Origin: Chloroflexota bacterium
GTDB taxonomy: Bacteria; Chloroflexota; Dormibacteria; CF-121
DNA: 64,000 nt
Direction: 5' to 3'
Assembly (NCBI GenBank): GCA_034666565.1
Contig: JAXDLN010000091.1
Span: 3,968-67,967, forward strand
Every line of letters starts with the position of its first letter. The stretch's first letter is position 1. The position numbers and the translations under genes are program-made. The notes below the pieces were generated by a model. It was given only the letters and a program-made list of their open reading frames with translations, had not been told where the DNA came from and searched no databases. This document shows, in pieces, positions 22,788-32,161 of the stretch.

Positions 22788-24368
22788 GTGGGTTTCATCG
22801 AGCTGGTCGAGGTTGGCTACGCGTTTCCCGGCGGCCGGACCCTGTTCGACAAGGTCTCCTTCAAAGTGCCTGACGGCGCGCGCGTGGCCCTCGTTGGCGC
22901 GAACGGCGTGGGCAAGACCACCCTGCTGCGGCTCATCGCCGACCCTGACGAAGGGCATAAGGGCCTGATCCGCGTGATCGGCCGCCTGGCCCGGATGCCC
23001 CAGCTCATCCACGATCCCCACTCCCCCGCCACGCTTCGCGAGCTGCTCATCGCCCAGGCCCCGATTGCGCTCGCGCGGGCGGGCGAAGTGTTGGTGGCGG
23101 CCGAGCGCACCATGCAGGCCGGCGCGACTCAGGTCGCCGGCATCGCCTACGCGGATGCCGTCCATCAGTGGGGCGAGCTCGGCGGCTACGACCTCGAGCT
23201 GGACTGGAATGCCGCCTGTATGGCGGCCACCGACGAGCCGTTCGACGCGATCGGCGGACGCGTGGCGAACACCTTCTCGGGCGGCGAATTGAAACGCATC
23301 CTGCTCGAGGCGCTATTTCGCTCGAACGCGGAGGTGCTTCTCCTGGACGAGCCGGACAACTTCCTCGACGTCATCGGAAAGGAATGGCTCGAGGCCACCA
23401 TGTCGGCCAGTCGCAAGACGCTCCTCTATATCAGCCACGACCGCGAATTTCTCGGGAACACCTCGACCCAGATCGTGACCCTCGAGGCGCATGGAACCTG
23501 GACCCATCCCGCGTCGTTCACCAGCTACGAGGAAGCTCGGCGAGCACGAATCGCCGGTCTGGAGGAGGATCACCGTCGCTACCAGGAGCAGCGGTCGGCC
23601 TTGATCGCCACGCTCAAGGAATACCGCCGCCGGGCGCAACAATCCGATGCGTGGGGCCCGAAGGTCCGAGCGGCCCAGAGCCGGCTTCGCCTCTTCGACG
23701 AGAAAACCGAGCTGGTCGAGCGCCCGCGCGAGCAGAACGTTACGATCCGCTTAGGCGGAGGTCGCACCGGGACCATCGCGCTGCGCGTGACGCAGCTCGC
23801 GTTTCCCGGCCTGGTCAAGCCATTCAGCGCCGAGGTCCTCTTCGGTCAGCGCGTCGGCGTAATCGGAAAGAACGGCACCGGCAAGAGCCACTTCGTTCGG
23901 CTGCTCGCGGGCCACCCCCTCGAGCACACCGGCGACTGGATGCTGGGCGCCCGCGTCAACGTCGGCTATTTTTCGCAGCTCCACGACTCGCCGCACCTGG
24001 CGCGCGCCGCGCCGCTCGCCATCCTCACTCGCGAGGGGCTCGACCGCACGGCCGCCATGGGCACCCTACGCCGCTATGAGCTCGACGGCTCTGCCGACGT
24101 CCCCTTCGAGAAACTCTCGGGCGGCCAGCAGGCGCGCTTGCAGATCCTCGTGCTCGAGGTCCGCGGATCGACCATGCTGGTGCTGGACGAGCCGACCGAT
24201 AACCTCGACGTCGCCTCGGCCGATGCGCTGGAGTACGCCCTCTGGCAGTACGCGGGCACCATTCTCGCGGTCACGCACGACCGCTGGCTCCTGAAGTCCT
24301 TTCAGCGCTTTCTCGTGTTCGGCTCGGACGGCTTTGTGAAGGAGTCTGACGACCCGACCTGGGTCTGA
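22788..24368 (+). CDS. ABC-F family ATPase (start GTG 22788, leaderless geometry)
   Basis: Two NBDs (GANGVGKT/FSGGE/LLLDEP and GKNGTGKS/LSGGQ/LVLDEP), a helical linker and no TM segments. TACGCT-N6-GTG. Confidence 0.9.
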   Translation: MGFIELVEVGYAFPGGRTLFDKVSFKVPDGARVALVGANGVGKTTLLRLIADPDEGHKGLIRVIGRLARMPQLIHDPHSPATLRELLIAQAPIALARAGEVLVAAERTMQAGATQVAGIAYADAVHQWGELGGYDLELDWNAACMAATDEPFDAIGGRVANTFSGGELKRILLEALFRSNAEVLLLDEPDNFLDVIGKEWLEATMSASRKTLLYISHDREFLGNTSTQIVTLEAHGTWTHPASFTSYEEARRARIAGLEEDHRRYQEQRSALIATLKEYRRRAQQSDAWGPKVRAAQSRLRLFDEKTELVERPREQNVTIRLGGGRTGTIALRVTQLAFPGLVKPFSAEVLFGQRVGVIGKNGTGKSHFVRLLAGHPLEHTGDWMLGARVNVGYFSQLHDSPHLARAAPLAILTREGLDRTAAMGTLRRYELDGSADVPFEKLSGGQQARLQILVLEVRGSTMLVLDEPTDNLDVASADALEYALWQYAGTILAVTHDRWLLKSFQRFLVFGSDGFVKESDDPTWV

Positions 24369-24375
24369 TGCACAC

Positions 24376-24409
24376 GCCGCCTTTTCCACGCCGGAGGCGG
24401 CTATTTCTT
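24376..24409 (+). terminator. Stem-loop between convergent ABC-F and proC
   Basis: GCCGCCT (24376-24382) and AGGCGGC (24395-24401), followed by TATTTCTT. Confidence 0.55.
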
Positions 24410-25277
24410 ACGAATCGCTACGAGGTGGCATCGGCTCGGGATCTTTGCCGGCGCTGAGGCTATCGGAGAGCGACATCGTGCGGCGGTAGGCGGCCCAGAC
24501 GGCGTCAGCAAGAACGGTGCGGAGCCGGCCACGCTCCAGCTCGTGCAATGCAGCCGCCGACGTCCCGCCGGGCGAGGTCACCATATCGCGCAGCTGCGCC
24601 GGATGTTTCTGCGTCCGTTCGGCGAAAGCGACGGACCCCTTGATGGTTTCGAGGACCAGATCGTGTGCGAGATGGCGAGGAAAACCGAGATGGACCGCGC
24701 TGTCGATCAGCGCTTCCATCACGAGGAAGACATAGGTCGGACCGGTGCCACTGACGGCGGTCGCCATGGCAACGAAGCGTTCATCGGCCACCTGCAACTC
24801 GTGGCCGAGCGCGCCCAGCAACGCCCGGGCTTGTTCGCGATGCGCCAGCGTCGTCTCCGGGGTCGCATACCAGATGTTGACGCCTTCCCCGATCTGCGCC
24901 GGCGTGTTCGGCATCACCCGGACCAGCGCGGCGTGGTCGAGACCTTTGCGGAGCGTCTGGGTGGTCGCCCCGGCGATGATCGAGATCACCAGCTTCTCCG
25001 GAGCCAGGCTTTCCCGAATTTCGTTGAGCACGGCCGGCATTACCTGGGGCTTGATCCCCAGGACGACGGCGTCGCCTCGCCGGGCCGCCTCAGCATTGTC
25101 GGCCGTCACGTGGATCCCGTACTTCTCGCCCAGCGCCTGGCGGCGGTCGGCCCGCGGGTGACTGGCGACGACCGAGCTCGGAGCCAGCAGTTTGCGCTCG
25201 AGGACGCCGGCAATGATTGCTTCGGCCATCACCCCGGCGCCGATCACGCTCAGCGTCGATCCCTGGAGCGAACTCAT
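24408..25277 (-). CDS. proC: Pyrroline-5-carboxylate reductase (start ATG 25277, leaderless geometry)
   Basis: IGAGVMA, GIKPQ, VRVMPNTP, TAVSGTGP, VTSPGGTS. TACAAT-N6-ATG. Confidence 0.95.
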   Translation of the reverse strand: MSSLQGSTLSVIGAGVMAEAIIAGVLERKLLAPSSVVASHPRADRRQALGEKYGIHVTADNAEAARRGDAVVLGIKPQVMPAVLNEIRESLAPEKLVISIIAGATTQTLRKGLDHAALVRVMPNTPAQIGEGVNIWYATPETTLAHREQARALLGALGHELQVADERFVAMATAVSGTGPTYVFLVMEALIDSAVHLGFPRHLAHDLVLETIKGSVAFAERTQKHPAQLRDMVTSPGGTSAAALHELERGRLRTVLADAVWAAYRRTMSLSDSLSAGKDPEPMPPRSDS

Positions 25278-25310
25278 CGTCGGATTGTACGGACTCGATC
25301 TCACCTCGAT

Positions 25311-25339
25311 TTGACGGGACCCCAGGCATTCGCTAGAGT
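25311..25339 (+). promoter_or_regulatory. Sigma70-type promoter for the SBP56 operon
   Basis: TTGACG-N17-TAGAGT. A GACTA-N12-TAGTC inverted repeat follows in the leader. Confidence 0.6.
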
Positions 25340-25406
25340 GGCCCCAACACGCGTTCCCGACTATTTGGATCTCATTAGTCAACAACTCGGCTTGGAGGGA
25401 AGCGAG

Positions 25407-26789
25407 ATGGCCACCTTATTACGGGCGGATCCGACGTTTTATGCCTCACCGCGGCTGGCAGCGCAGGCGCCGCCGGAAACCCTGGCCTACATGATCGTCG
25501 TCAACCCCGGCGACGGCCCGGACGGCCTCGCCACCTTGGACGTCGACAAGAAATCGAAAACCTACGGCACCGTGCTCAACACGCTGACCACGACCCATGC
25601 CGGCGACGAGCTCCACCATTTCGGGTGGAACGCCTGCAGCTCCTCGCTCTGCCCCTATGCCGCGCATCCTCACGTTGAACGCCGCTACCTGCTGGCGCCC
25701 GGCATTCGATCATCGCGCATCTACGTCATCGACACCAAGCCGGATCCGCGCGCCCCGCACATCGTCAAGACCATCGAGCCGGAGGAAATCGCCAACCGCG
25801 CCGGCTACAGCCGCCCGCACACCAGTCACTGCGGACCCGATGGTATCTACGTCAGCGCGCTGGGCTCACCCACCGGCGATGGTCCGGGCGGCATCTTCAT
25901 CGTCGATCACGACACCTTCGAGGTCCGCGGGCGCTGGGAGCTCGATCGCGGCCCGCAGTATCTCGCCTACGACTTCTGGTGGCACCTCGGCTACGACACC
26001 ATGATCACCAGCGAGTGGGGCACGCCCAAGATGATCGAGGATGGGGTCAATCCCGAGATCCTGCTCAAAGGCGGCTACGGCCACCAGTTGCACATCTGGG
26101 ATCTGCCGAAGCGCCGTCACAGGCAGGTCATCGACCTGGGCGCCGACCAGCAGATGGTGCTCGAGCTGCGGCCGGCCCACGATCCATCCAAGGCGTTCGG
26201 CTTCGTTGGCGTGGTCACGAGCCTCAAAGACCTGAGCGCTTCGGTCTGGGCGTGGCACCTCGACGGCAACACCTGGAAGGCGCGCAAGGTGATCGAGATC
26301 CCGGCTGAGCCCGCTGATCCCGAGGTCCTTCCGCCACTCCTGAAGGGCTTCAAGGCCGTCCCGCCCCTGGTCAGCGACATCAACCTCTCGCTCGACGACC
26401 GCTTCCTCTACGTCTCCGCATGGGGAACCGGTGAGTTTCTGCAGTACGACGTCTCCGATCCATTCAATCCCAAGAAGACCGGGTCGGTGCACCTCGGCGG
26501 CATCGTGCGCAAGGCCGCGCATCCGACCTCCGGGGCGCTCAACGGCGGTCCGCAGATGGTCGAGGTCAGCCGCGACGGCAAGCGGGTCTATGTGTCGAAC
26601 GGGCTCTACAAAGCCTGGGACGACCAGTTCTATCCCGACGGCATCAAGGGATGGGTGGCCAAGCTCGACGTCGGCGAGAACGGCGGGATGACGCTCGACC
26701 GCAGCTTCTTCGTCCAGTCGGAGCAGCGCTTCCACCAGGTGCACCTGGAGGGCGGCGATGCCTCGTCCGATTCGTACTGCTTTGCCTGA
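25407..26789 (+). CDS. SBP56 / selenium-binding protein 1-like (methanethiol oxidase-like) protein (start ATG 25407)
   Basis: DELHHFGWNACSS, RPHTSHC, YDFWW, TSEWG, GGPQMVEVSRDGKR, WDDQFYP, EGGDASSD. GGAGG SD, no signal peptide. Confidence 0.92.
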   Translation: MATLLRADPTFYASPRLAAQAPPETLAYMIVVNPGDGPDGLATLDVDKKSKTYGTVLNTLTTTHAGDELHHFGWNACSSSLCPYAAHPHVERRYLLAPGIRSSRIYVIDTKPDPRAPHIVKTIEPEEIANRAGYSRPHTSHCGPDGIYVSALGSPTGDGPGGIFIVDHDTFEVRGRWELDRGPQYLAYDFWWHLGYDTMITSEWGTPKMIEDGVNPEILLKGGYGHQLHIWDLPKRRHRQVIDLGADQQMVLELRPAHDPSKAFGFVGVVTSLKDLSASVWAWHLDGNTWKARKVIEIPAEPADPEVLPPLLKGFKAVPPLVSDINLSLDDRFLYVSAWGTGEFLQYDVSDPFNPKKTGSVHLGGIVRKAAHPTSGALNGGPQMVEVSRDGKRVYVSNGLYKAWDDQFYPDGIKGWVAKLDVGENGGMTLDRSFFVQSEQRFHQVHLEGGDASSDSYCFA

Positions 26790-26792
26790 CGC

Positions 26793-27437
26793 ATGACCGC
26801 CTGGTGGCCGTGGGATGTCCTGATCATTCTCGGGGCATACCACGGCCTCAACCCGGGGATGGGTTGGCTCTTTGCCGTGGCGCGGGGCCTACAGGAACGA
26901 CGACGCTCTGCCGTATGGGAATCGTTTCTGCCGATTGCCCTCGGGCATGAGGCGGCGATCGCGATCATCGTCGTCCTCGTGGTGGTGGCCCAATTCCTGA
27001 TTGCGCCCCAGGTGCTGCGCATCGTGGGCGCGGTCGCGCTCTTCTCCTTTGCCCTCTATCGCCTCTGGCGCAAACGCGCGCATCCGCGCGGGTTCGGGAT
27101 GCGGATTGGCGCCCGCGGTCTCTTCGGCTGGTCCTTCTTGATGTCCTCCGCTCATGGCGCCGGTTTGATGCTGGTGCCGATCCTCCTGAAGCTGTCAACC
27201 ACCGGCGGCGGCAGCCAGGACATGACGTTGATCGCATCGGTATCGTCGTTTTCCCCGTGGCAAGGACTCGCGGCCGCGACCTTGCACACCGCGGCCCTCC
27301 TGATCGTGATGTCACTGATTGCGATCGTCGTCTATGAGCGGGTCGGCGTCGGCTTCCTGCACCGCGCCTGGTTGAACGTCGACCTGATCTGGACGGTGAC
27401 GCTGCTGTTCGCGGGCGTCATCACGCTTTTCAGCTAA
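26793..27437 (+). CDS. Multi-pass membrane protein with His motifs, co-transcribed with SBP56
   Basis: About 6 TM helices, with GAYHGLNPGMGW, LGHEAA, SSAHGAG and LHT. 3 nt after the SBP56 stop. Confidence 0.85.
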   Translation: MTAWWPWDVLIILGAYHGLNPGMGWLFAVARGLQERRRSAVWESFLPIALGHEAAIAIIVVLVVVAQFLIAPQVLRIVGAVALFSFALYRLWRKRAHPRGFGMRIGARGLFGWSFLMSSAHGAGLMLVPILLKLSTTGGGSQDMTLIASVSSFSPWQGLAAATLHTAALLIVMSLIAIVVYERVGVGFLHRAWLNVDLIWTVTLLFAGVITLFS

Positions 27438-27445
27438 CCGATTCT

Positions 27446-27480
27446 CCCTCCCCCCATCGCGGGGGAGGGTTGAGGTAGGA
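27446..27480 (+). repeat. Short palindromic repeat, copy 1 (intergenic)
   Basis: CCCTCCCCC-CATCGC-GGGGGAGGG-TTGAGGTAGGA. Confidence 0.75.
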
Positions 27481-27496
27481 CTTCCGTTACGCTGTC

Positions 27497-27988
27497 GTGC
27501 GAGTGCGCCCGCTTGGGAATATCGATCGCTCCTCATGGCTGGTGCTGGCGGGCGCTGCGACGCTGGCGGTTGTCGGCATCGGCGCGACATTCGTGGTGCG
27601 GAACACCTGGCCGGCCGCCGATACCGTGACACCGACCGGTGTGGTCGCCACCTACGTTCGGGCAGTCCAGACCGGCGACGCCGCTCGGGCCTGGCTTTAC
27701 CTGACCCACGACGCCACCCAGACTCCTCCCGGCGAGCCGCCCCGGCCGGTCCTATCGCAGGCTGACTTTCGCAACCAGGTCCAGTCCTCCCGGCAGCCGA
27801 CCAGCCCGCGGGTGCGAATCCTGAGTGTCAGCCAATCGGTCGACACGGCGACCGTCACGCTGGAGGTCAGCCACGCGTCGGGCGATCCGCTGACCGGCGC
27901 GAGCACCCAGCAGGTGGCGCTCTCCCTCGTCCGCGTTGGAGTCGGCTGGCAGATCGCGTCAGATCCTTTCCCCTGGCAGTTCCAGTGA
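27497..27988 (+). CDS. Membrane-anchored hypothetical protein (NTF2-like extracellular domain possible)
   Basis: N-terminal TM helix, TPTGVVATYVRAVQTGD..RAW.YL, and a LVRVG.GWQI terminal strand. Confidence 0.7.
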   Translation: MRVRPLGNIDRSSWLVLAGAATLAVVGIGATFVVRNTWPAADTVTPTGVVATYVRAVQTGDAARAWLYLTHDATQTPPGEPPRPVLSQADFRNQVQSSRQPTSPRVRILSVSQSVDTATVTLEVSHASGDPLTGASTQQVALSLVRVGVGWQIASDPFPWQFQ

Positions 27989-27989
27989 G

Positions 27990-29576
27990 ATGATCCAGCG
28001 CCGCCTCTACATCTATATTGTCGCCGCCGCCAGCTTCGCGATGGTGCTGATCGGCTTGATCAACCTCGGCTCGACCGCGATCAATCAATTCCTCAACACG
28101 ACGCCGCCCTACACCAATGTCCGGGATGCCTATGCCGGCTTCGGCGCGGTGATCCTCGTGGGCCTCCCGGTCTGGGGCATCCATTGGTGGCTCGCCCAGC
28201 GGTTTGCCGCGCGAACGGTCGACGAGCGTGCGTCGGCGATCCGCCGGCTCTACCTCTATGTCGTGTTGGCCGCGACCGGCATCGCGCTGGCCGTCTATCT
28301 CCGCCGCCTGATCGAGGATGCCACCGGCGTCCTGCTCGGTAGCTCGAGCGACGGCGCCTCGATCACGCGGGCACTGTGGGCGGTTCTGGTGCTCGCCGCC
28401 TTCTGGATTTATCACTTCCGAACCGCGAGTCTCGACCGGAGCCGGGTCGGCGAGTCCGGCGTGTCCGCCACCCTCCGCCGCTGGTACGCCTACGGCCTGC
28501 TCTTTCTCGGCCTGGCGTTCCTCCTATTCGGGGCGCGCAACCTGCTGCAGCAAATCTGGGTCCTGCTGGTCGACCGCGGCCAGGTGATCGCTCCCGGAGG
28601 GCTGGTCCCGACCGCGCTGGGAACGATGCTCACCGGACTCCTGATCTGGGGCTTCCATTCGCAATGGACCGCTGGGCCACCAATCGCTGAGGATGACCAG
28701 CGCTCGACCCTGCGCGCGGTACAGCGCTTCCTGGCCTTGACCGGTTGCGTGGCGCTCGCCCTCTTTGGCGCCAGCCAACTCCTCTATTACATCCTGGCGC
28801 GCCTGCTGGGGATCGAGCATCCCGGCGGGGTTAGCACCAATATCCTCGTCGCGCTGGCCAGCCCGGTTGCCACCGTGATCGTCTTCGGCCTGGCCTGGCT
28901 ATGGATTCAGCGACAGCTCGCCACCGATGCCGGCGCGACCGAAGCCACTCGTCAGGCCGGGGTCCGCCATTTGTACACACACCTGGTCGCCTTCCTCGCG
29001 CTGGTTACGCTCGCCATCGGGGCGGCCGGCCTACTCTGGACCTTCTCTGACCAGATCCTCAATGCACTTCTCGCCCACCCCTTAAACGACTGGCGCGACA
29101 GGGTCAGCCTGTTCGTCACCCTGGTCCTGGTGGGCGCCCCCATGTGGTTGACCCACTGGCGGCAATCCCCCGAGCTCGTCGAGCGCTACACCCTCAGCCG
29201 CCGCCTCTACCTCTACGCCACGCTGTTGGGCAGCGTCCTCGCGGTGTTGATCAGCGGCGCGATCTTCGTCTACCGCCTGCTGGCGCTGGTCCTCGGAACC
29301 AGCGACGCCGCCAGCGGGGCGCCCGTCATCGACATGGGCCGGGCGCTGTCGGTCATCCTCGTGGCAGCCGCCATCGGCCTCTACCACTGGCGCGTCTTAC
29401 GGTCCGACGGAGCAGCTCGCCCCACAGTGGCTCCGGTGCCGGCGGTCCCCTCCCCTATCCACGGGGGAGGGCAAGGTGGGGGCATGGTCGTTACGATTAC
29501 GGGCGCGACCGAACAACAAGTCCGGCAGGCACTATCGAAGCTACCGGATGGCGCGAACTACACGATTCAGCGGTAA
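27990..29576 (+). CDS. DUF5671-like multi-pass membrane protein (start ATG 27990)
   Basis: Repeated units RRLYIY/RRLYLY/RRWYAY/RHLYTH/RRLYLY followed by TM pairs ending in W..HW. Confidence 0.8.
   Translation: MIQRRLYIYIVAAASFAMVLIGLINLGSTAINQFLNTTPPYTNVRDAYAGFGAVILVGLPVWGIHWWLAQRFAARTVDERASAIRRLYLYVVLAATGIALAVYLRRLIEDATGVLLGSSSDGASITRALWAVLVLAAFWIYHFRTASLDRSRVGESGVSATLRRWYAYGLLFLGLAFLLFGARNLLQQIWVLLVDRGQVIAPGGLVPTALGTMLTGLLIWGFHSQWTAGPPIAEDDQRSTLRAVQRFLALTGCVALALFGASQLLYYILARLLGIEHPGGVSTNILVALASPVATVIVFGLAWLWIQRQLATDAGATEATRQAGVRHLYTHLVAFLALVTLAIGAAGLLWTFSDQILNALLAHPLNDWRDRVSLFVTLVLVGAPMWLTHWRQSPELVERYTLSRRLYLYATLLGSVLAVLISGAIFVYRLLALVLGTSDAASGAPVIDMGRALSVILVAAAIGLYHWRVLRSDGAARPTVAPVPAVPSPIHGGGQGGGMVVTITGATEQQVRQALSKLPDGANYTIQR
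29447..29482 (+). repeat. Short palindromic repeat, copy 2 (in-frame in the DUF5671-like gene)
   Basis: CCCCTCCCCT-ATCCAC-GGGGGAGGG-CAAGGTGGGGG, encoding PSPIHGGGQGGG. Confidence 0.75.
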
Positions 29577-29655
29577 CCCCCTTCGTTTGTAGGGGTGCCG
29601 TCAGGTATCGACGCAGGACGAACCCCGATCGAGCGGGCGGTAACGTGGGGCTGCC

Positions 29656-30168
29656 GTGAGACTGACTGCGGTCGGCGCCCAGAGGTCGACGGATGAGAAC
29701 GTGCTGGGGTCGGCGACGTCTCACAACCCGATCGACGTTTTACTCGTTGAAGACAACTTCTACGACATCGACTTGACGACCCACGCGCTGAAGGACGCGA
29801 TTCCTCCGGACCGCATCAAGGCCGTCCACGATGGCGCCGAGGCGCTGGATTTCATTTTCTGCACCGGTGACTACGCCAATCGCGACCCGCGGCAGCAGCC
29901 GAAACTGATCCTCCTGGACCTCCAGCTCCCAAAGGTGGACGGGCTCGAAGTGCTGCGGCGCATCCGGGCGGATCCGCTCACGGAAGACATCCCCGTAGTC
30001 ATCTTCACCCACTCCAGGGAGGACCGCAACATCATCCAGGGCTACAAGCTCGGCGCCAACAGTTTCCTGGTCAAGCGCCACGACTTCGATGAATTCATGA
30101 AGGGGATCCAGGCGCTCGGGATCTATTGGCTGGTCATGAACAGGCCGCCCGTGAGCGGCAAGGGTTAG
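29656..30168 (+). CDS. Single-domain response regulator (Rcp1/CheY-like)
   Basis: LLVEDN, GAEALDF, PKLILLDLQLPKVDGLEVL, YKLGANSFLVK. Confidence 0.9.
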   Translation: MRLTAVGAQRSTDENVLGSATSHNPIDVLLVEDNFYDIDLTTHALKDAIPPDRIKAVHDGAEALDFIFCTGDYANRDPRQQPKLILLDLQLPKVDGLEVLRRIRADPLTEDIPVVIFTHSREDRNIIQGYKLGANSFLVKRHDFDEFMKGIQALGIYWLVMNRPPVSGKG

Positions 30169-32025
30169 ATGGCAGGCGCCGCCAGCCGCCTCCCCGGCAA
30201 CCTGGATCAAGCGATTTTCCGCATCGCCGCGCTGGCATTTTGCTCGCTGAGCTCGCTTGCCTTGCTCAGCGATTACATCGGCTCCGACCTTCAGGCCGAC
30301 TACCTGGAGGACTGGGCGATCACCGGGCTTGCCTATTGTGGCGCTGCCGCCAGCTGGTATCTGGCACGGCGGCGCGCCCCGGTCATGCTCATCCTTCCGT
30401 TGGCCTTGCTCGGGATCGTCCTCATCAGCTTGGAAGAGTCCTTCACCGGCGGCACCCACTCGCACCTGTACGTCCTCTATGTGGTGCCGGTGATCTTCAC
30501 CGCAGCTCTCCTCGAGCTGCGGCTGACCGCCCTCGTCATCGTCGTGGCGCTGGCCGCCGCCGCATTGCCGCTGCTCGGTGGCTGGAATGATTTCTATGCG
30601 CGGGCGCTCCTGGTGCTGGGCGGTGTGATGGCGCTGTCGGCCTACGTCGAAACGCATCTGCTCGGTACCGCCGTCAAAGAGAAAGCCGCCGCCGACCATC
30701 AAGCCCTGTACGACGACCTGACCGGCTTACCGAACCGCGCCCTCTTCTATCGCCGGGTCCGCGAACTGATCGCGTCCGCTGGCGGCGAGCGGGCGGCGGT
30801 GCTCCTCATGGACCTTGATCACTTCAAGGACATCAACGACACCCTTGGCCACGACCAGGGCGACCTCGTCCTCAAAGAGGTGAGCAGCCGACTGCAGCGA
30901 GCCGTGGGCCCGCCCGACACCGTCGCCCGACTCGGCGGCGATGAGTTTGGCATCCTGTTTCCCCATCTGCCGCACGGCGCGGGCCGGCATGCCGCCGAGC
31001 AGGTGCTCAAGGTGCTCACACCCCCCGTCGTCGTCAAGGGCCTCGACATCGATCTGCAGGCCAGCGTTGGAGTCGCCCTCTTCCCCGAGCACGGGCAGGA
31101 CGTCGATTCGTTGGTTCAGAGAGCTGATGTGGCGATGTACCAGGCGAAGGCGGGCGCCGGCAGTGATTACAAGGTCTACACGCCGGACCGCGACCCCCAC
31201 TCAACCGAGCGGTTGGAACTGACGGGAGAGCTACGGCGGGCGATCAAAGAGGGCGAGCTCGTTCTCCACTACCAACCAAAGATCGGCCTGCAGAGCCGCA
31301 AGGTGATGGGTGCAGAGGCCCTGGTCCGCTGGCGGCATCCAAAGCGCGGACTTCTCTCCCCGGAAACCTTCCTCCCGCTGGCCGAGCGCAGTGGGCTGAT
31401 GAAGGCGCTGACCGCTGAAGTGCTCCAGATGGCCCTCCGGCAATGCCGGACCTGGCAGGGCGCCGGCATCGAGCTCACGATGGCGGTCAACGTGGCGGCT
31501 TCGGACCTGCTTGACCTGCAGTTCCCGGAGGAAGTGGAATCGCAGCTGACCCATCGGGGCCTGGCGGCGTCAGCGCTCGAACTGGAGATCACCGAGAGCA
31601 CCATCCTGGCGGACCCAGCGCGGGCACAGGCTGTGCTGACTCGACTCCACGCGATGGGCGTGCGGGTCGCCGTCGACGACTTCGGGACCGGCTACTCCTC
31701 GTTGATGTATCTGAAAGAGCTGCCGGTCGACGCCGTCAAGATTGACCGATCCTTCGTCCGCGACATGGCGACCAAGAGTGACGATGAGATCATCGTCCGG
31801 GCCATCATCGACCTCGCCCGCAACCTCAACCTCCAGGTGGTGGCGGAAGGCGTCGAAAACGAAGCCACCTGGAACCGATTGAGCGCACTCGGGTGCGATC
31901 TGGCGCAGGGCTACTACCTCAGCCCACCGCTCGCGGAGAAGGAACTCGTCCTCTGGCTCAATCACTGGTCGGAACTGACCGCCACTGTGCCCAGCCCGAA
32001 TAAGAAACTCACCCTCGTCGCCTGA
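30169..32025 (+). CDS. Membrane-bound GGDEF-EAL (diguanylate cyclase/phosphodiesterase)
   Basis: About 5 TM helices, then DDLTGLPNR, DLDHFKDINDTLGH, RLGGDEF, EALVRW, DDFGTGYSSL, KIDRSF, AEGVE. Confidence 0.93.
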   Translation: MAGAASRLPGNLDQAIFRIAALAFCSLSSLALLSDYIGSDLQADYLEDWAITGLAYCGAAASWYLARRRAPVMLILPLALLGIVLISLEESFTGGTHSHLYVLYVVPVIFTAALLELRLTALVIVVALAAAALPLLGGWNDFYARALLVLGGVMALSAYVETHLLGTAVKEKAAADHQALYDDLTGLPNRALFYRRVRELIASAGGERAAVLLMDLDHFKDINDTLGHDQGDLVLKEVSSRLQRAVGPPDTVARLGGDEFGILFPHLPHGAGRHAAEQVLKVLTPPVVVKGLDIDLQASVGVALFPEHGQDVDSLVQRADVAMYQAKAGAGSDYKVYTPDRDPHSTERLELTGELRRAIKEGELVLHYQPKIGLQSRKVMGAEALVRWRHPKRGLLSPETFLPLAERSGLMKALTAEVLQMALRQCRTWQGAGIELTMAVNVAASDLLDLQFPEEVESQLTHRGLAASALELEITESTILADPARAQAVLTRLHAMGVRVAVDDFGTGYSSLMYLKELPVDAVKIDRSFVRDMATKSDDEIIVRAIIDLARNLNLQVVAEGVENEATWNRLSALGCDLAQGYYLSPPLAEKELVLWLNHWSELTATVPSPNKKLTLVA

Positions 32026-32029
32026 TGAT

Positions 32030-32058
32030 CCCTCCCCCTTTGGGTGAGCGGCTGGGTG
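32030..32058 (+). repeat. Degenerate palindromic repeat, copy 3 (intergenic)
   Basis: CCCTCCCCC-TTT-GGGTGAGCG-GCTGGGTG; the right arm is decayed. Confidence 0.45.
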
Positions 32059-32121
32059 ACGAAGGAAGGTGAAACCCGAAGGCGTGCTCCGGTGGCAAGC
32101 TCAAGCAGGACCGAAAACGTA

Positions 32122-32150
32122 TTGACAAACGAACAAACGTTCGCTAAACT
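32122..32150 (+). promoter_or_regulatory. Sigma70 promoter containing a LexA (SOS) box in the spacer
   Basis: TTGACA (32122-32127)-N17-TAAACT (32145-32150), with CGAAC-AAAC-GTTCG at 32130-32143. Confidence 0.85.
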
Positions 32151-32161
32151 AATACAAAATT

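Noticed and set aside
24543-25406. 5' extension making SBP56 a 748-aa protein
   Set aside because: It is antisense to proC. A promoter and SD support ATG 25407.
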